Shown piece by piece: positions 38,980-52,834 of a DNA stretch of 64,000 bases; positions within the stretch are counted from its first letter, which is position 1, and each line of letters starts with the position of its first letter. Below the pieces are notes generated by a model, which worked only from the letters and a program-made list of their open reading frames with translations, was not told where the DNA came from and did no database searches. Source of the DNA: Macrostomum lignano (lineage: Eukaryota); the NCBI GenBank assembly GCA_002269645.1, contig NIVC01000143.1:620001-684000 (forward strand), in the 5' to 3' direction. The position numbers and the translations under genes are program-made.

Positions 38980-41088
38980 ATGCGAGCCCGACTCCGCACG
39001 GTGACCGGTGCCGCCCAGGAGGTGGCTGGCATCACGAGAACCCACGGCTTGCTGCACATCTTCCTGTCCAGAGGCACAGCTCGACGGCTCTTCTGGCTGC
39101 TTCTGTTCGTAGCTGCCCTGATCGGCTGCACCGTCCACCTGGCCAAGTTGGTGCAGAAGTTCACCGAGCACTCCGTTGAGTCGCAGCTGAAGCTGAGGAG
39201 CGAACGAGCCCAGTTTCCCGACGTCACAATTTGCAACTTCAAGCCCGCTTCTGCTAGCTTAAAAAGGTTGAAGCTTTATCACGACTACCTGAATGAATCT
39301 TGGGGCAACTTCGACAACTGGTTCCAGGAGGACACCAAGAAGCGCCCTCATGAATCGGCTGAAAGCTACGAAAACCGACTTGAGAAGGTGTGTAAGAAGC
39401 TCCTGGACGTGATGTGGGTGTCGGGCGACACCAGAGACATCTCCCACCTCGATAAGACCATGCTGCTGAGCTGCCGCTACAACAGCGAGCCCTGCAGTCA
39501 CAAGAACTTCTCGCTTGTCCAGACCAGCCGGTTCTGGAGCTGCTACACGTTCCACCCGGACCCGGGGCAGTCGTCCAGCGGTTCTGGGGGCAGAGGAGCC
39601 GAGCTGAACATGGTGCTCTTCACCGATGGCTACACTGGGGCTTCTGTCCATTATAGTGAATTCTTACATTCCGATTCTGTGGGAGTCTGCAACAAGCGAC
39701 TAATTTTGGGTCAGGCTGCGACGAACACCTTGCTGGGAGGCAGTGATCCTCAGTCGACTGGACTGCGAGTTTTTATTCACGCGGCGAGCAGCTACCCCAT
39801 GAGCCGTACGTATCATTTCATTGAGGTCTTATCTGAGTTATATTCATTTGAGCATTTATGAAAAAATAGTTACAAGATCACGGACACATGAAAACCCCAT
39901 GCAAAACTGCAGAGACCGAGTTCGTGGACGTGGCCTCAGCCAGCAGCACCTCCATCAAACTCAGGCCGATCCACAACCGACTCAAGTCGACGCCGAGCCG
40001 CAGATGCTCCGAGCCTCCAATCGAAACCATCAACTATGTCAGGCACTTCTCCAACGCCTCGCTGAACGTGGTCACTAAGGCCTACTCAAAGTCCGTCTCC
40101 GATTTCGTAGTCGAGGCACAGCAGAGCATCCTGCACAGCAACTGCGGCTGCTACTCGCACCTGCTCCCGTTCTCGGTAAATACGAGCGACCTTTGCTACT
40201 TCGCTCCACCGCAGGAGTGGATCACCCCATCGGATGCTGTGCTGAAGAGAATTGACTGCCATGATCACTGGTTTCAGCACGCAAAGAGGAAAAGCGAGGA
40301 GCTAACGAAGGAATTCCAGCACCGGATGTGGTGCCAGTTCACTCAGCAACGGCCTTGGCAGCAGAGCCGCGGGTGGCCCCCGTTCAGCGCCGTTCAAGAG
40401 ATCTGGGAGAACCTGATGGTGCCGCAAGTGAGACATGGAGTCGAGTTCCTGCCCGAGGATGGCAAAGAGCATCACATATTCAGGAATATGAATCAATCTC
40501 GACAATTTTATCAATTTAATGTATTTCTTACGCAAGACGATAACTGCTTAAGCTTCTTCTGCAGAAATTCCTCTATAAAATATTACGAATGCAATTCTTC
40601 ACTGATGCTGCAGCATTTGGAGAATGCATCCTACTGCATCTATCAAAAAAGTTTGGCTCGCAGCCTGGCATCAGTCAGCATCAGCTTGCAGAGCCCGGCA
40701 GCTGACGTTTACGAAGAGAAGGCCGGCTACCACTGGACTGAAACTCTGTCCGAGGTGAGGCATTTCACACATTGGCCTTAGAAATGCGGAGAGTGTTGCC
40801 ACCTGTCAACATTCGAGTTGAAAAAGTTATTTTTGAATCCTGTTTTAGAATTTGATCAGGAACTTTTTTCAGCAGCATTTTCGGTTGGATTGAAGAATGT
40901 TCTCAAAGTTTTGCACGTTTGATTCATTATTCGATCGGTTTGAAATCCCGCAGGTCGGAGGAACTCTGGGGCTCTGGCTGGGAATCAGCGTTGTCAGCAC
41001 GTTCGAGCTGCTCGAGTTTTTCTACATCCTGGCTAAGCGCTGCCGCGGAGGAACGACCGGCTCCGAGTCCGAGGGGTCTCGAGACTGA
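38980..41088 (+). CDS. DEG/ENaC (amiloride-sensitive sodium channel family) subunit, about 600 aa; join(38980..39805,39913..40754,40954..41088)
   Basis: N-terminal THG motif, TM1 (RRLFWLLLFVAALIGC), FPDVTICN, LLSCRYNSEPC, GLRVFIH, Cys-rich loop, TM2 TLSE|VGGTLGLWLGISVVSTFE. Both introns are GT-AG and the total is a whole number of codons. A further intron inside 40430-40565 cannot be excluded. Confidence 0.92.
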
Positions 41089-42167
41089 CCGAGAATGATT
41101 GTGGAAGTACAATAAAACAACTGTAAAATGGTCAAGAAACTGCCAATGAGCATTGCCATTTGTTTGGTGCTTTTCATAGGGGAACCCAGTCGCTGTATTG
41201 TTTTTTTAAAATCTTATTTGCGAAAGTAAAAAAAGAATATTGAAGCTTCGATGTCTACTTGATGATTTGTTTTATTTTCAGTATTAGCTGTTTGAGTATA
41301 TATAATTTTGCTGGCCTTGTTTTTTTATTTGAAGCTGTAATCAAACCCAATCAAACTAAATTCAGCATTCATTGTTAACAAAAATAAGAAGAATGCTTTT
41401 CACTGGCAACTTAATTAGCTAATTGCTTTTAGTAGCACAATGCATTGCGAGATAAGAATTCCTTAATCACGAGCGCATTTACGTGCCCAAAGTTGATGCC
41501 AAAAATAGACAAGAAATAAAACAAAATTGTATGATGACGGAACAGAGAACCGATGGACACACTCGAGTATAGCTATACAGATTTAAGCCGTGCCTTTCTG
41601 GTTAAATAGTCGGGTCGCTTTCACGAGACCGAAACTACATTAGACCGAATTTCACATCGCAGAAAACTTATTATAGCAGGGACCATGCAGAATTTTTGAT
41701 TGTGTGAAACTTCGGTCTTATAAAGTACCCTGAAGTAGCCCGAGTGATCATTGCACTTTTCTTTCTCTTCAAGGCATACAGAAATTTGATAATGCAATAG
41801 TGCATTTCCAGTTGGCAGGTTTTTTCTTATTTTATTCGGGAATCCGGTTTCAAGTGCATGTTTTAAATTGAAAAAAGAGCTAGCTGTCCTCACTGTGGAT
41901 TCTCTAGCACTATAGTAAGTAGGTTTTAGCCATAGACGATTATTTCACAGATAGGTAAAGAGCCTACAGGGAGTTTTTTTAGCTCCCATTTGGCTTATTG
42001 TCATCATCTCTCCCGTTCCAGTCTGCTGGCCGCTTCGTGCCATAGACAAAATAAGTCCTTTACTGTCATGTCAAGACTAACCAAGTTTAAAAAGAAAGTA
42101 GCATATCGATTTAGCTCTTTTAGTTGAGTTTTGTTTAGATTATTTGAATATGTTGTTGAGTTGTGCT

Positions 42168-42482
42168 GGAGCTTCTTCGCCAGCTCCTGGCTTCGCGTCT
42201 CTCTGCGTGCTCAAACCAGGTGTCGTGGCAGCTGATTCTTTTCAGCACAACACCCGATGGTGTTATCCAGTCCTGCGGTGGTGCAAAGTAGCACAGTTCG
42301 CTCGTGTTCACTGAAAACCGGAGGAGGTGCGAGTAGCATGCAGTCTTAGTCCTTTGGCAGCAACATTCAATGAGGCGTTCAAGAAGTACCTGACGCAGCC
42401 TACAGTCTCTATTGGAGGTTTGGAGCACCGGTGTCGACATGAGCTTAAGCTGCTGGCCGATGCCACGTCCACGAATCTGTCT
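42168..42482 (-). pseudogene. Inverted, frameshifted fragment of the DEG/ENaC exon 2
   Basis: FVDVASAS, CSKPPIET, NASLNV and CYSHLL.FSVNTSELCYFAPPQDWITPS..VLKRI.CHD.WF.HA are split over two minus frames and match 39913-40330. Confidence 0.9.
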
Positions 42483-43269
42483 CTGTCATTTAGACAGACG
42501 TACGATTTTGTGAACTTTGCGGTAAAATTGTGTGCATAGATTAGAGTTACCAGGTACCTAGCAAGCATTTTAATGACTGCTATTATTAATATATCATCTC
42601 AAAAGCTTTCATCAGATCAAAAGCCCACTGGATTAAATATAAGAAAAGAGTAACTATCCCAGTTTTTATCGTTTTGCTCTTTTATAACAAAGAAAACTGT
42701 TACGCGACGCACGAGTTCGATAATATTATTCGAATTAAAACAAAGTTTTGGTCACTACAAGTAAAACCGATCAATTTTTATTCGAGCAGAAAATGTCTAT
42801 ATTATAGTATGCTACCTCGTAATATGGTTTTGCAAAGCAGCTTTGAATTAGAAACTAAAAACTTTCCATAAAAGGCTAGAATTTGAGCATTGCATTTGAA
42901 AACTCATTCTTTATTGTAGAAAAATTTTCAAACCATTCAACCCTGTAGTGAAGGTCTCAGCTATAGGCCGCTTGCCTATAGGTAGCTGCATGGCCTTTGC
43001 TTTTCAAAATTGAACTTTGAAACTTCTATTCGTAGCCCACTGCATACCATCGCTAACATGGCCTCGTGGAGGCTAAGTAGAGCAGCTCTTGACCCTAACG
43101 ATCTCTGCCCACGTAGGTGTCAATCTCGCATGCCTTTTTCTGTACACAGTTCTGCCCCTAAAATTTGAGCAAATTTTTCGCTAATTTAGCTTAGCTTATT
43201 CAATATGGCCAAAAAATAAAGCCTAAATTTTGTTGTGTCTTGTTCTTTTAAAAGTTGTTTGCTGGATAA

Positions 43270-44222
<953 letters not shown>

Positions 44223-45225
44223 TTGTATCGGCATTCATCTAGTAAGAGTATGACACCAAATTTCTGTCTATAATATGTATATCAAGGCAGATCCAGGCGG
44301 TGCCACATTCAATCCGGCTTTTGTGCGCAGTAAACAGTGACCGAAGAGGTGCAAAAAGGGTCTACCCTCAAATAAAAAACGCCATTTTTCACCTTTGGTG
44401 GCGCCGATTTCAAATCCGACGAAGCAGGAATTTAGGGGTCAATTTATCGGAGCCCAAGAGGCATGATGAGTATATATAGTTCAGCCAGGTGCGCAGTGAC
44501 TGTGAAATTGGGCAGGTACCTGATCGCAGTTTTACACTCACCTCTGCTACGGAGTTTCCAAAGTTAGCTCCCCCCAGGCAATTTTGCCTTAAAATTGGAT
44601 ATGCCACCCATATAGATGGTAAACAATATTCCTGGGTCTGGTTTAGGTGGCATTTATTAATTCAAAGGTAAGTGCAGTGGAGTTAATAAACACACTTGAC
44701 TTGAGCTGAAGTGACTTTCTACACGTTGCTTATCTCTATTTATTCTAGCACAGAAAAGCATTAAAACGCAATATTTTATGATTATTTTTTCATAGACGCG
44801 TTCACTGATGAGCTGCTACCCCCTCCAGTTCCTGAGACCTTCCTATTAGTAGCAAAATTTAACTTAAAAACTCAATCCGTGGACGGAATTCAGAGAAACA
44901 AATGCAAGACAGACAGACTCCTGTTGAGCAGGGCCAAGCCAGTGCATGTGAGCTTAGTCCTGCCCTCAATAATTTATTTGTGTCGCATTACTTTTCTGAG
45001 CTGGGTTAGTTTTAAAACAGGAAACTCTCGTCAATTGTGGAGCCAGATAAGAATCTCAATGCTGAGTTGAGTTTACTTGCAGCTTTACAGCCGGCTCATA
45101 TAGATAAGGTACAGCTGTAAACTGCTCAAAATGCTGACTGTACATGTAATTCTGCAGATATTCCTTCAAGCCGGTTGTGGTTGATTTAAACAAATGTTTT
45201 ACTTACGTAGTACATCAATATTTTA

Positions 45226-45925
<700 letters not shown>

Positions 45926-46291
45926 GGTGGATCAGATAAAAATAGTAATACTATAATGCTATATTGGTTGCAGACAAATTTTTCACCAAGATGTGTTTGT
46001 CAACACCTGGTGCCGAAAAAGCAGGACAAGTGTATTTTAACCATGTCTACGGTTCGCTACTTGAATAAGGGATGAAGCTTGACTGGTTGATAAAATGCAG
46101 GGAAGTCGGCAATTTTAGTGAGTCTGCAGTGATTTGAGTCCAGCTTTAGTTATAAATCTAATGTTGCAATTGCCCAGCTAGCACTGGAAATCAAAGCGAC
46201 AAGGATCAATCGATAAAAATGGCTGTACAAGCGACTATATGCAATTTGGTGTAAAAGTTCTCCCGACTACTTCGGGGGTCATTCGAGGTCA

Positions 46292-48628
46292 TCAACGACT
46301 GGCCGCTTCGTCCCGCGTTCCGGTGAGCTGGTGAAACCGCTGCTCGTCCAGGCGCTGGCTTTTGTCCGACTGGCGAAGTCGGAGGAAAGCGGCGCCCCCC
46401 AGGAACTCGACCAGAGTTTTGCACAGGCCCAGCCTCGAAGCCGACCTGGCGACGTCATGCGGCTGCGGCACCAGCAGCAACTCGTGGGGCGGCCGGGCCA
46501 GCCTCACCTGCACGCTGAGCAGCTCCCAGTTGATGGTCCACGAGCAAATCTCTTCCAGTCGCCAAGCGCCAATCACCTGGCCTGTCGACGAATCCAGACG
46601 CATCAGCCGATTTGACGCCACGCCAATCAACTCGACTTTGCCAGCAGTTTTCTCTCGTTTGAAGTCACTGAAGCTCACCACTGCCGGCCTCTCTGGCTGC
46701 GGTCCTACCGTGCATTGGACCAGGAAGTGGGCCACTCCGTACATCGGCAAGCGTTGGCAGATGCGGATGTAGTCCAGTTTTGCGTCCAGCAAACCTCTGT
46801 CGCGCACGTTGTCCAACCGGATCAGAATCTGCTCGCGCAGCCAGCTCTGCTTTCGGGCTTTCAGATGACGCTGGGCCAAGAAGTTCTCCGGATCGAAATC
46901 GATTGAAGGCTGGCCGTTTCTTTCTCGACTTCGCTGCTGCGGCTTCGGAGTTTGCAGCTCCATCTGGGCCAGCGTGGCGGATAACTCAGCCTCGAAGGCC
47001 GACCTGCTAGCTAGAGTTTTGCCGCTAGCCACCAGGGTTATGCCCGCGATCCACTCGGCGTACTGATCTTTACCTTCGCAGCGTAGTAGGAGCTCCTGCA
47101 TCGGGGCATCCAGTTCTTGACTGCCGGCGTCGCTAACAAACAAGTGAATGCCGAACTTCTGAGTAGTTGTGCTCACGTTAGCGTTCACCTCGGCGCTTCT
47201 TAGATTAAAGACTTCTTCTAGACGATTCCTGGCCTGATCAGAGTACATTTCCAGCGTTGTCTCGCCCAGAACAAAGTACTTCCGACGGTAGCCGCGTAGA
47301 GTGCTCTTTCGGGGCTTTAAGAACTTCAGGTAGCCAGCTAGTTCGGGCATTTTGTCCAGACTCTGCTGCTGCTTCACCGGTTTAGACTTCTCCGGCTGTT
47401 CTTCAGGCACTGAGCTCAGTCTAGCGGGCGAAGCCAGGGTGAGAAAGTTGTCGGACATCAGCGAGGCTTCGAGTTCAGCGAGGGCGGCGTCGATTTCATC
47501 GTCATTGGAGCCGCTAGCATCGACACTTGGCGAAGCCTGTTTCGCTTTGCTGTCAGCTTCGTCCAGCAAGACGCTACCGCTTTTCGAAACGGGCGACTCG
47601 GCATGCGGCGATGCTGGCAGATCTGCCTGCAGGTAAATTTGAAGCTGAAGGGCAGCTAGAAGCAGGGCTTCTTCTTCGGTGCTCTCCAGTTCCTCAGATA
47701 GCAGCGACCATTTAGTCTGCTCGTAGATCTGGTTGATTCTCACCGAGTCGTACTTCACATTTAAATCGTAGAAGACGTGAAACTTGTAGCGCAACTGCAG
47801 CGAGTTGAGCTCGTTGGAGTTCGGCCGGACGCCCTGTTCCATCAGGGAGCGAGACGAGTCGAACCAGGCCTCGCTGGCAGCGGAAAGATTGGCCAGAGAT
47901 TTTGACCGAATGACGCCTTTTTCGAGCAGAGCAGTTTGCAGCGGTATCCAAGGACTGTTGGCCAAGCTTGCCAGCTCGTCTCTCTGGAACCGCAGAGAGT
48001 TGAACGATGTTGGCGAGGCTTCGGGCGGGCCCAGGGAGCTGGGTGTCCGCGGAGACGAGCTGGTCCGACTTGTTTCGCTGAACTGGCGCGGCATAAGCGG
48101 ATTAAAGTTGCCACTCCCGCTGCCGCCGTTCGACAGTTCCGGTTTGTCCGCCGACTTCCGGTTGGATCGTCGGAAGCTGCCGAATCGACTGCCGAGGGTG
48201 CCGTTGGATCCGGCAGAGCTTGCCATCAACAGATGCAGCGGACGCCGCAGCGACAGCTCTTCTGGGTGCCGGATGCCGAGCTCGCGGCACAGTCCGACTA
48301 CGACGCCGAACACTGATTGAGAATAGTTTATTGTCATCTCGAGCTCCTGGAGGTCGGGCAGCTGCACCTTGGTCACATTGTGCATCCGGTGGAACTCCAG
48401 TCTGGAATCCGACTGCACGCCGATTTGATCCAAAGTTCGACGCGTCTTCAGCAGCCAGCGATTTTCGTCTGGCCACCAGATCGCGTGGTCGGACCAGTCC
48501 ATGCGAACCTCGATACTCTCGATCAGCTTCAGCATGACGCCGCCGAGGTGCGTGTCGCCGCGGACTCGAATCCGCCGGTTTAGTTGCAGATCCTCGACAA
48601 GGATGCAGAGCTCCCAGCCTTCTTCCAT
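46292..48628 (-). CDS. FERMT: Kindlin / fermitin (UNC-112-like), single exon, 778 aa
   Basis: F0 (WELCILVE...GGVMLKL...DWSDHAIWW...WLLKT..TLDQ.GVQSD), F1 (LGIRHPEELSL), WFDSSRSLMEQGV, LRYKFH.FYDLN.KYD.VRINQIYEQ.KW, PH domain (PELAGYLKFLKPRKSTLRGY), F3 (ELIGVASNRLMRLD..TG). The ORF-track start 48634 is a TTG; the first ATG is 48628. Confidence 0.96.
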   Translation of the reverse strand: MEEGWELCILVEDLQLNRRIRVRGDTHLGGVMLKLIESIEVRMDWSDHAIWWPDENRWLLKTRRTLDQIGVQSDSRLEFHRMHNVTKVQLPDLQELEMTINYSQSVFGVVVGLCRELGIRHPEELSLRRPLHLLMASSAGSNGTLGSRFGSFRRSNRKSADKPELSNGGSGSGNFNPLMPRQFSETSRTSSSPRTPSSLGPPEASPTSFNSLRFQRDELASLANSPWIPLQTALLEKGVIRSKSLANLSAASEAWFDSSRSLMEQGVRPNSNELNSLQLRYKFHVFYDLNVKYDSVRINQIYEQTKWSLLSEELESTEEEALLLAALQLQIYLQADLPASPHAESPVSKSGSVLLDEADSKAKQASPSVDASGSNDDEIDAALAELEASLMSDNFLTLASPARLSSVPEEQPEKSKPVKQQQSLDKMPELAGYLKFLKPRKSTLRGYRRKYFVLGETTLEMYSDQARNRLEEVFNLRSAEVNANVSTTTQKFGIHLFVSDAGSQELDAPMQELLLRCEGKDQYAEWIAGITLVASGKTLASRSAFEAELSATLAQMELQTPKPQQRSRERNGQPSIDFDPENFLAQRHLKARKQSWLREQILIRLDNVRDRGLLDAKLDYIRICQRLPMYGVAHFLVQCTVGPQPERPAVVSFSDFKREKTAGKVELIGVASNRLMRLDSSTGQVIGAWRLEEICSWTINWELLSVQVRLARPPHELLLVPQPHDVARSASRLGLCKTLVEFLGGAAFLRLRQSDKSQRLDEQRFHQLTGTRDEAASR

Positions 48629-49368
48629 TGCCAATGGTGTAACAATAGTTCTTCCTTTGACTCAAGTTGAGAAGACCAGCGCTTTTATCAAACCTTAGAG
48701 TTTCATGCCAGTACGTGAGCTTATTATTGACGTTAAACGCGAGGTGCCTTTTGTATTAGAATTCCTTTAATGGCTTTATGCTAATAGCCACTCTGAGCAG
48801 TTGCCCTTCAACTCCGAGCAGACCTTTATATTGCGAAACAAAACAATGAATGGAGCAGCGCGTGGGCAGCTGACTGGTTTGCTAGCCAAATAAATACGAT
48901 TCTTCTGCCCTGGTACTAAAGCAAGACGAGTCTATTGCCACTCTCCTTTCTGCTCTCCCCGTCTATATCTGTTCTGTCGCAAAAGCTATTCACCTCCATT
49001 GCATTGCTGCCCAAAATGTGCGCTCTGCGGAGACCGCGGAGCGGCCCAAGTGCGCAGTGGAAACACAAACTAACCAATCCCAGAGGCTCTTGACACTTTT
49101 TTATCTCGCCCTGCCTGTCTGCTTCTCTCTTCTATGGTTTCCACTGGCCAGTGTGTCGGGTCTCTTATTAGTCTCGATATATTTGGCGTCAATCCCGAGT
49201 CACTTCATGGGCGGCTTGCGTTCGATTGTATAATTTTTGCAACGAATCTCTGAAAAGCAGCTCGTGTCGTAAAAAACGTGGCCAATATTTTTAACCCACA
49301 AAATGCGCTCGTAGATTTGCATGTATAAAAAAACTGTACCATCGATAAGTGATGATATACGCTCGTAC

Positions 49369-50538
49369 GGGTCGCCATCACAAGCTCGAAAAATCACATC
49401 GTCGAAACAGGGCTCCATCACAAGCTCGAAAAGTCATAAGCTCGAAAAGTCACATCGTCGAAAACTGATTTAGCAACCACCATCACAAGCTCGAAAACTC
49501 ACATCGTCGAAAAGTTTAGCAACCACCATCACAAGCTCGAAAAATCACATCGTCGAAACAGGGCTCCATCACAAGCTCGAAAAGCCATAAGCTCGAAAAG
49601 TCACATCGTCGAAAACTGATTTAGCAACCACCATCACAAGCTCGAAAACTCACATCGTCGAAAAGTTTAGCAACCACCATCACAAGCTCGAAAACTCACA
49701 AGCTCGAAAAATCACATCGTCGAAAACTGATTTAGCAGCCGACATCACAAGCTCGAAAAGTCATAAGCTCGAAAAATCATATCGTCCAAGAGTTTAGCAA
49801 CCACCATCACAAGCTCGAAAAGTCACAAGCTCGAAAAATCACATCGTTGAAAACTGATTTAGCAGCCACCATCACAAGCTCGAAAAGTCATAAGCTCGAA
49901 AAATCATATCGTCGAAAAGTTTATCAAACATCATCACAAGCTCGAAAAGGCACAAGCTCTAACCCTAACCCTAACCCCAAGGCACTAACCCTAACCCTAA
50001 GGCACCAGTACCCTAGCCTAACCCTGAACCATAACCCTAACCCCAACCCTAACCTAACCCTAAACCCTAACTTAAAGGCACTAGTTCTAACCCCGACCCT
50101 AACCATAAACCCTAACCCTAAGGCACAAGTTCAACCCCAACCCTAAACTTAACCCTAAGCCCTAACCCTAAGGCACAAGCTCTAAACCCTAACCCTATTC
50201 AAGCTTGTGATGGTGGTTGCTAACCTTTTCGACGAGGTGATTTTTCGAGCTTATGACTTTTGGAGCTTGTGATGGTGGCTGCTAAATCAGTTTTCGACGA
50301 TGTGAGTTTTCGAGCTTGTGAGTTTTCGAGCTTGTGAGTTTTCGAGCTTGTGATGGTGGTTGCTAAATCAGTTTTCGACGATGTGAGTTTTCGAGCTTGT
50401 GAGTTTTCGAGCTTGTAATGGTGGTTGCTAAACTTTTCGACGATATGATTTTTCGAGCTTATGACTTTTCGAGCTTGTGATGGTGGCTGCTAAATCAGTT
50501 TTCAACGATGTGATTTTTCGAGCTTGTGATGGGCCCCC
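49369..50538. mobile_element. Foldback-type element with modular inverted arms and a telomeric-repeat core
   Basis: Left arm 49369-49958 of cacaagctcgaaaa / cacatcgtcgaaaa / gatttagcaaccaccat modules; right arm 50201-50538 of the reverse-complement modules; ends gggtcgccatcac / gtgatgggccccc; direct repeat gctcgtac at 49361-49368 and 50539-50546 (9 bp if the preceding c is counted). Confidence 0.88.
49959..50196 (-). repeat. Degenerate interstitial telomeric repeat (CCCTAA)n
   Basis: About 16 exact CCCTAA hexamers counted by eye, plus variants. Confidence 0.9.
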
Positions 50539-52405
50539 GCTCGTACAAGCTACTAATACGCTATTATACTATCTTGAAATTAAACAGAATTGCTCTGCTA
50601 TTAACTATACTCTCTACTTAGAGTAGAAATACAACAGAGAACGTTAAATAAAAAAAATCTTTAGGGAGTTCGAATAATTGCTATGTGGAACAATGGACAC
50701 TGGAAAACAATGGAAATTGACTCCGATTTTGTGTCCATGTGTCGGTGTTCAGATCCTTCTGCACTTAATTTGCTGTAATATCATTTTTTACAAATCAAAT
50801 ATTTTGTATTTTTCAGTCACGAGGTCAATCTGCAACTCTCCAATTTAACATGGTGCAAAAGCATTGTATAATATGCAGACATGCCTGGTTTGGTACCTTG
50901 ACAGGAAAATCACGATGTTGGGGTGCCAGCTCGTCAGGCCCGCGTGGTGGCACTCCGTTGAAGGTCCCGAAGGTCGCTTGTATGTCTACAGGTCAACCTG
51001 GAGGGTCGCCATCGTCCATTTCATTCGCCGATTATGTCTACTGACTGAATGCTGCATGCAGAAGAGGATTCTTTCATTTCAGTTTTGGAAACGCATGAGC
51101 CATCTCTGAGATGCCGATCGGGTGCTTTTTTGAAGGTCCTGACGGTCGCCGCCGATGCTCCAGACGGTGATGAAGGGGACCCTGGTGCCTGGGATGCTGA
51201 GAAAAAAGGCCTCTACGACTGATATGCATAGTTTGTTGAGCCGACGTGGTTTTATGATAGATTTTATCAGCAGAAAAAATTTGCCAATGTTGGTGGTTTT
51301 TTTCTCCGGACACCCCGAGAAGAATCGTTGAATATCTGGACGATGCCGATTTTTCGTGATTCTTAAAGTTGCTCTATCGAATAGAGCGGAAAATTTTAGC
51401 CCGTGTTCTGGATTTTCATGGCAATTGGTTGAACATTCTTGGAGATCCAGGCACAGGAAAAATGTGTGTATTTGAAATACACCCCCAGGGTCTTTCTACT
51501 GTAAACTGATAGAAAATGAAAGCGTCTTGTTGTCTCTGTGAAAACCTCAAACCGTTCTTTCTATTCTGGCTCATCGTTTCATATTGTATTCGATTTGTGC
51601 AGTGTTTGCATATTTCAAACGCTTGGCCAATAGAACTCCAATGGACCGTTCCCTTTTGCATGCAACAACCAAGGACGACTTAAGTAGAATGGACGGGAAA
51701 CCTCGTTTCTGCCTAAATTTTAGAAGGCAAGTTTTTCCGAAACAGGACACAGCTCTAATTCCTGGTTTTATGAATCTATTTTATCATCTCTCTTACAAAT
51801 ATTTGCTACACAGTCAGCTAAGAATGATAAAATAGACACAAAACCAAAGAGCCGAGCCGTGCCATTTCAATGTTTTTTAGGCACAAGACACGTGCAAATG
51901 TACGTAGAATAAAAAATCCACATAGACTCTAATTTTTTGAACGGAGAGCTTTATGAACATCGATAGAGCACTAAGAAAGGCACACCATATCAAAAAATGA
52001 AACACTGGATCTGCCTCCTATCAAAAGCAATAACAATTTTTGTGCTGAAAAAATGAAAACTTCCTATCTCCGTAGTGTATTTTTTCGGGAAAACCTAGCT
52101 GCCTTTTAAAATTTTCAAAGAAACCAGGTTTCCCCTCCTTCTACTTTAAGTCGTCCTTGGCCACGACACATACATGTATAGCGCGACAAAATTTATAATA
52201 AAATCGGCAAGATTCTGTTAACAATAAAATACCTACAGTATAACTATTAATAGCTTTTAGTATCCTATACTTTTGAAAGCTTTAGTCTGTGTCATAATCC
52301 GTCTAAAATTGTGTCTAAATCTACTAAAAACTGACTGACGAACTCGTTAAAAGATATTCATTCTCAGCTTCATCAAGTTATAACTCAACAGTCGCACAAA
52401 CCACA

Positions 52406-52834
52406 ATGAAGCAGCAGCAGCAGCAGAAAAAAAGCCCAAAAGATGAGGCAGACCGGACTCTCGATCTGGTCTGCCTGCTCGACGCCCACCTACGAGCTAG
52501 CGGTCTGAAACGAGAGGTGAGCCGGTACATAGTCAGTGAGCTGAACAACTGCTCAGAGCTGAAGGCGCGGATTCACGAGCAGACCAAGCTGCGCATGCAG
52601 ATGCTGGACGTTGAGTCAGACTCAGTAGCCGAGAGGAACCACCTGGTGCGAGATATCTTTGAGGCTGTGCGGCCCCTGGTGCCCGATAGAATTCAGCTGC
52701 ACGCGGCCGAGATGGTGAAGCCGGCGGCGACCGAGCTGCTGAAGAAGCGGAGGCTGGGAGCCGAAACTGGGCTGCAACGCGTCATCGATCAGAGGCTGAG
52801 TTCGACAAGGAGCAATTCGTTCCCTGAATTTTGA
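52406..52834 (+). CDS. Hypothetical helical protein, 142 aa, single exon
   Basis: ATG-started ORF with the GC3-rich codon usage of neighbouring genes, standing out from AT-rich flanks; acceptor-like ttctcag 39 nt upstream. No family recognised. Confidence 0.65.
   Translation: MKQQQQQKKSPKDEADRTLDLVCLLDAHLRASGLKREVSRYIVSELNNCSELKARIHEQTKLRMQMLDVESDSVAERNHLVRDIFEAVRPLVPDRIQLHAAEMVKPAATELLKKRRLGAETGLQRVIDQRLSSTRSNSFPEF

Noticed and set aside
46331-48698. Many short ORFs antisense to or overlapping kindlin (similar shadows over ENaC, LamG and GT32)
   Set aside because: Expected shadow ORFs of GC-rich coding sequence.
50850-51661. GC-richer island and an ICKHC motif suggesting a BED finger or transposase relic
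   Set aside because: Stops in all frames and too few conserved residues to support a call.
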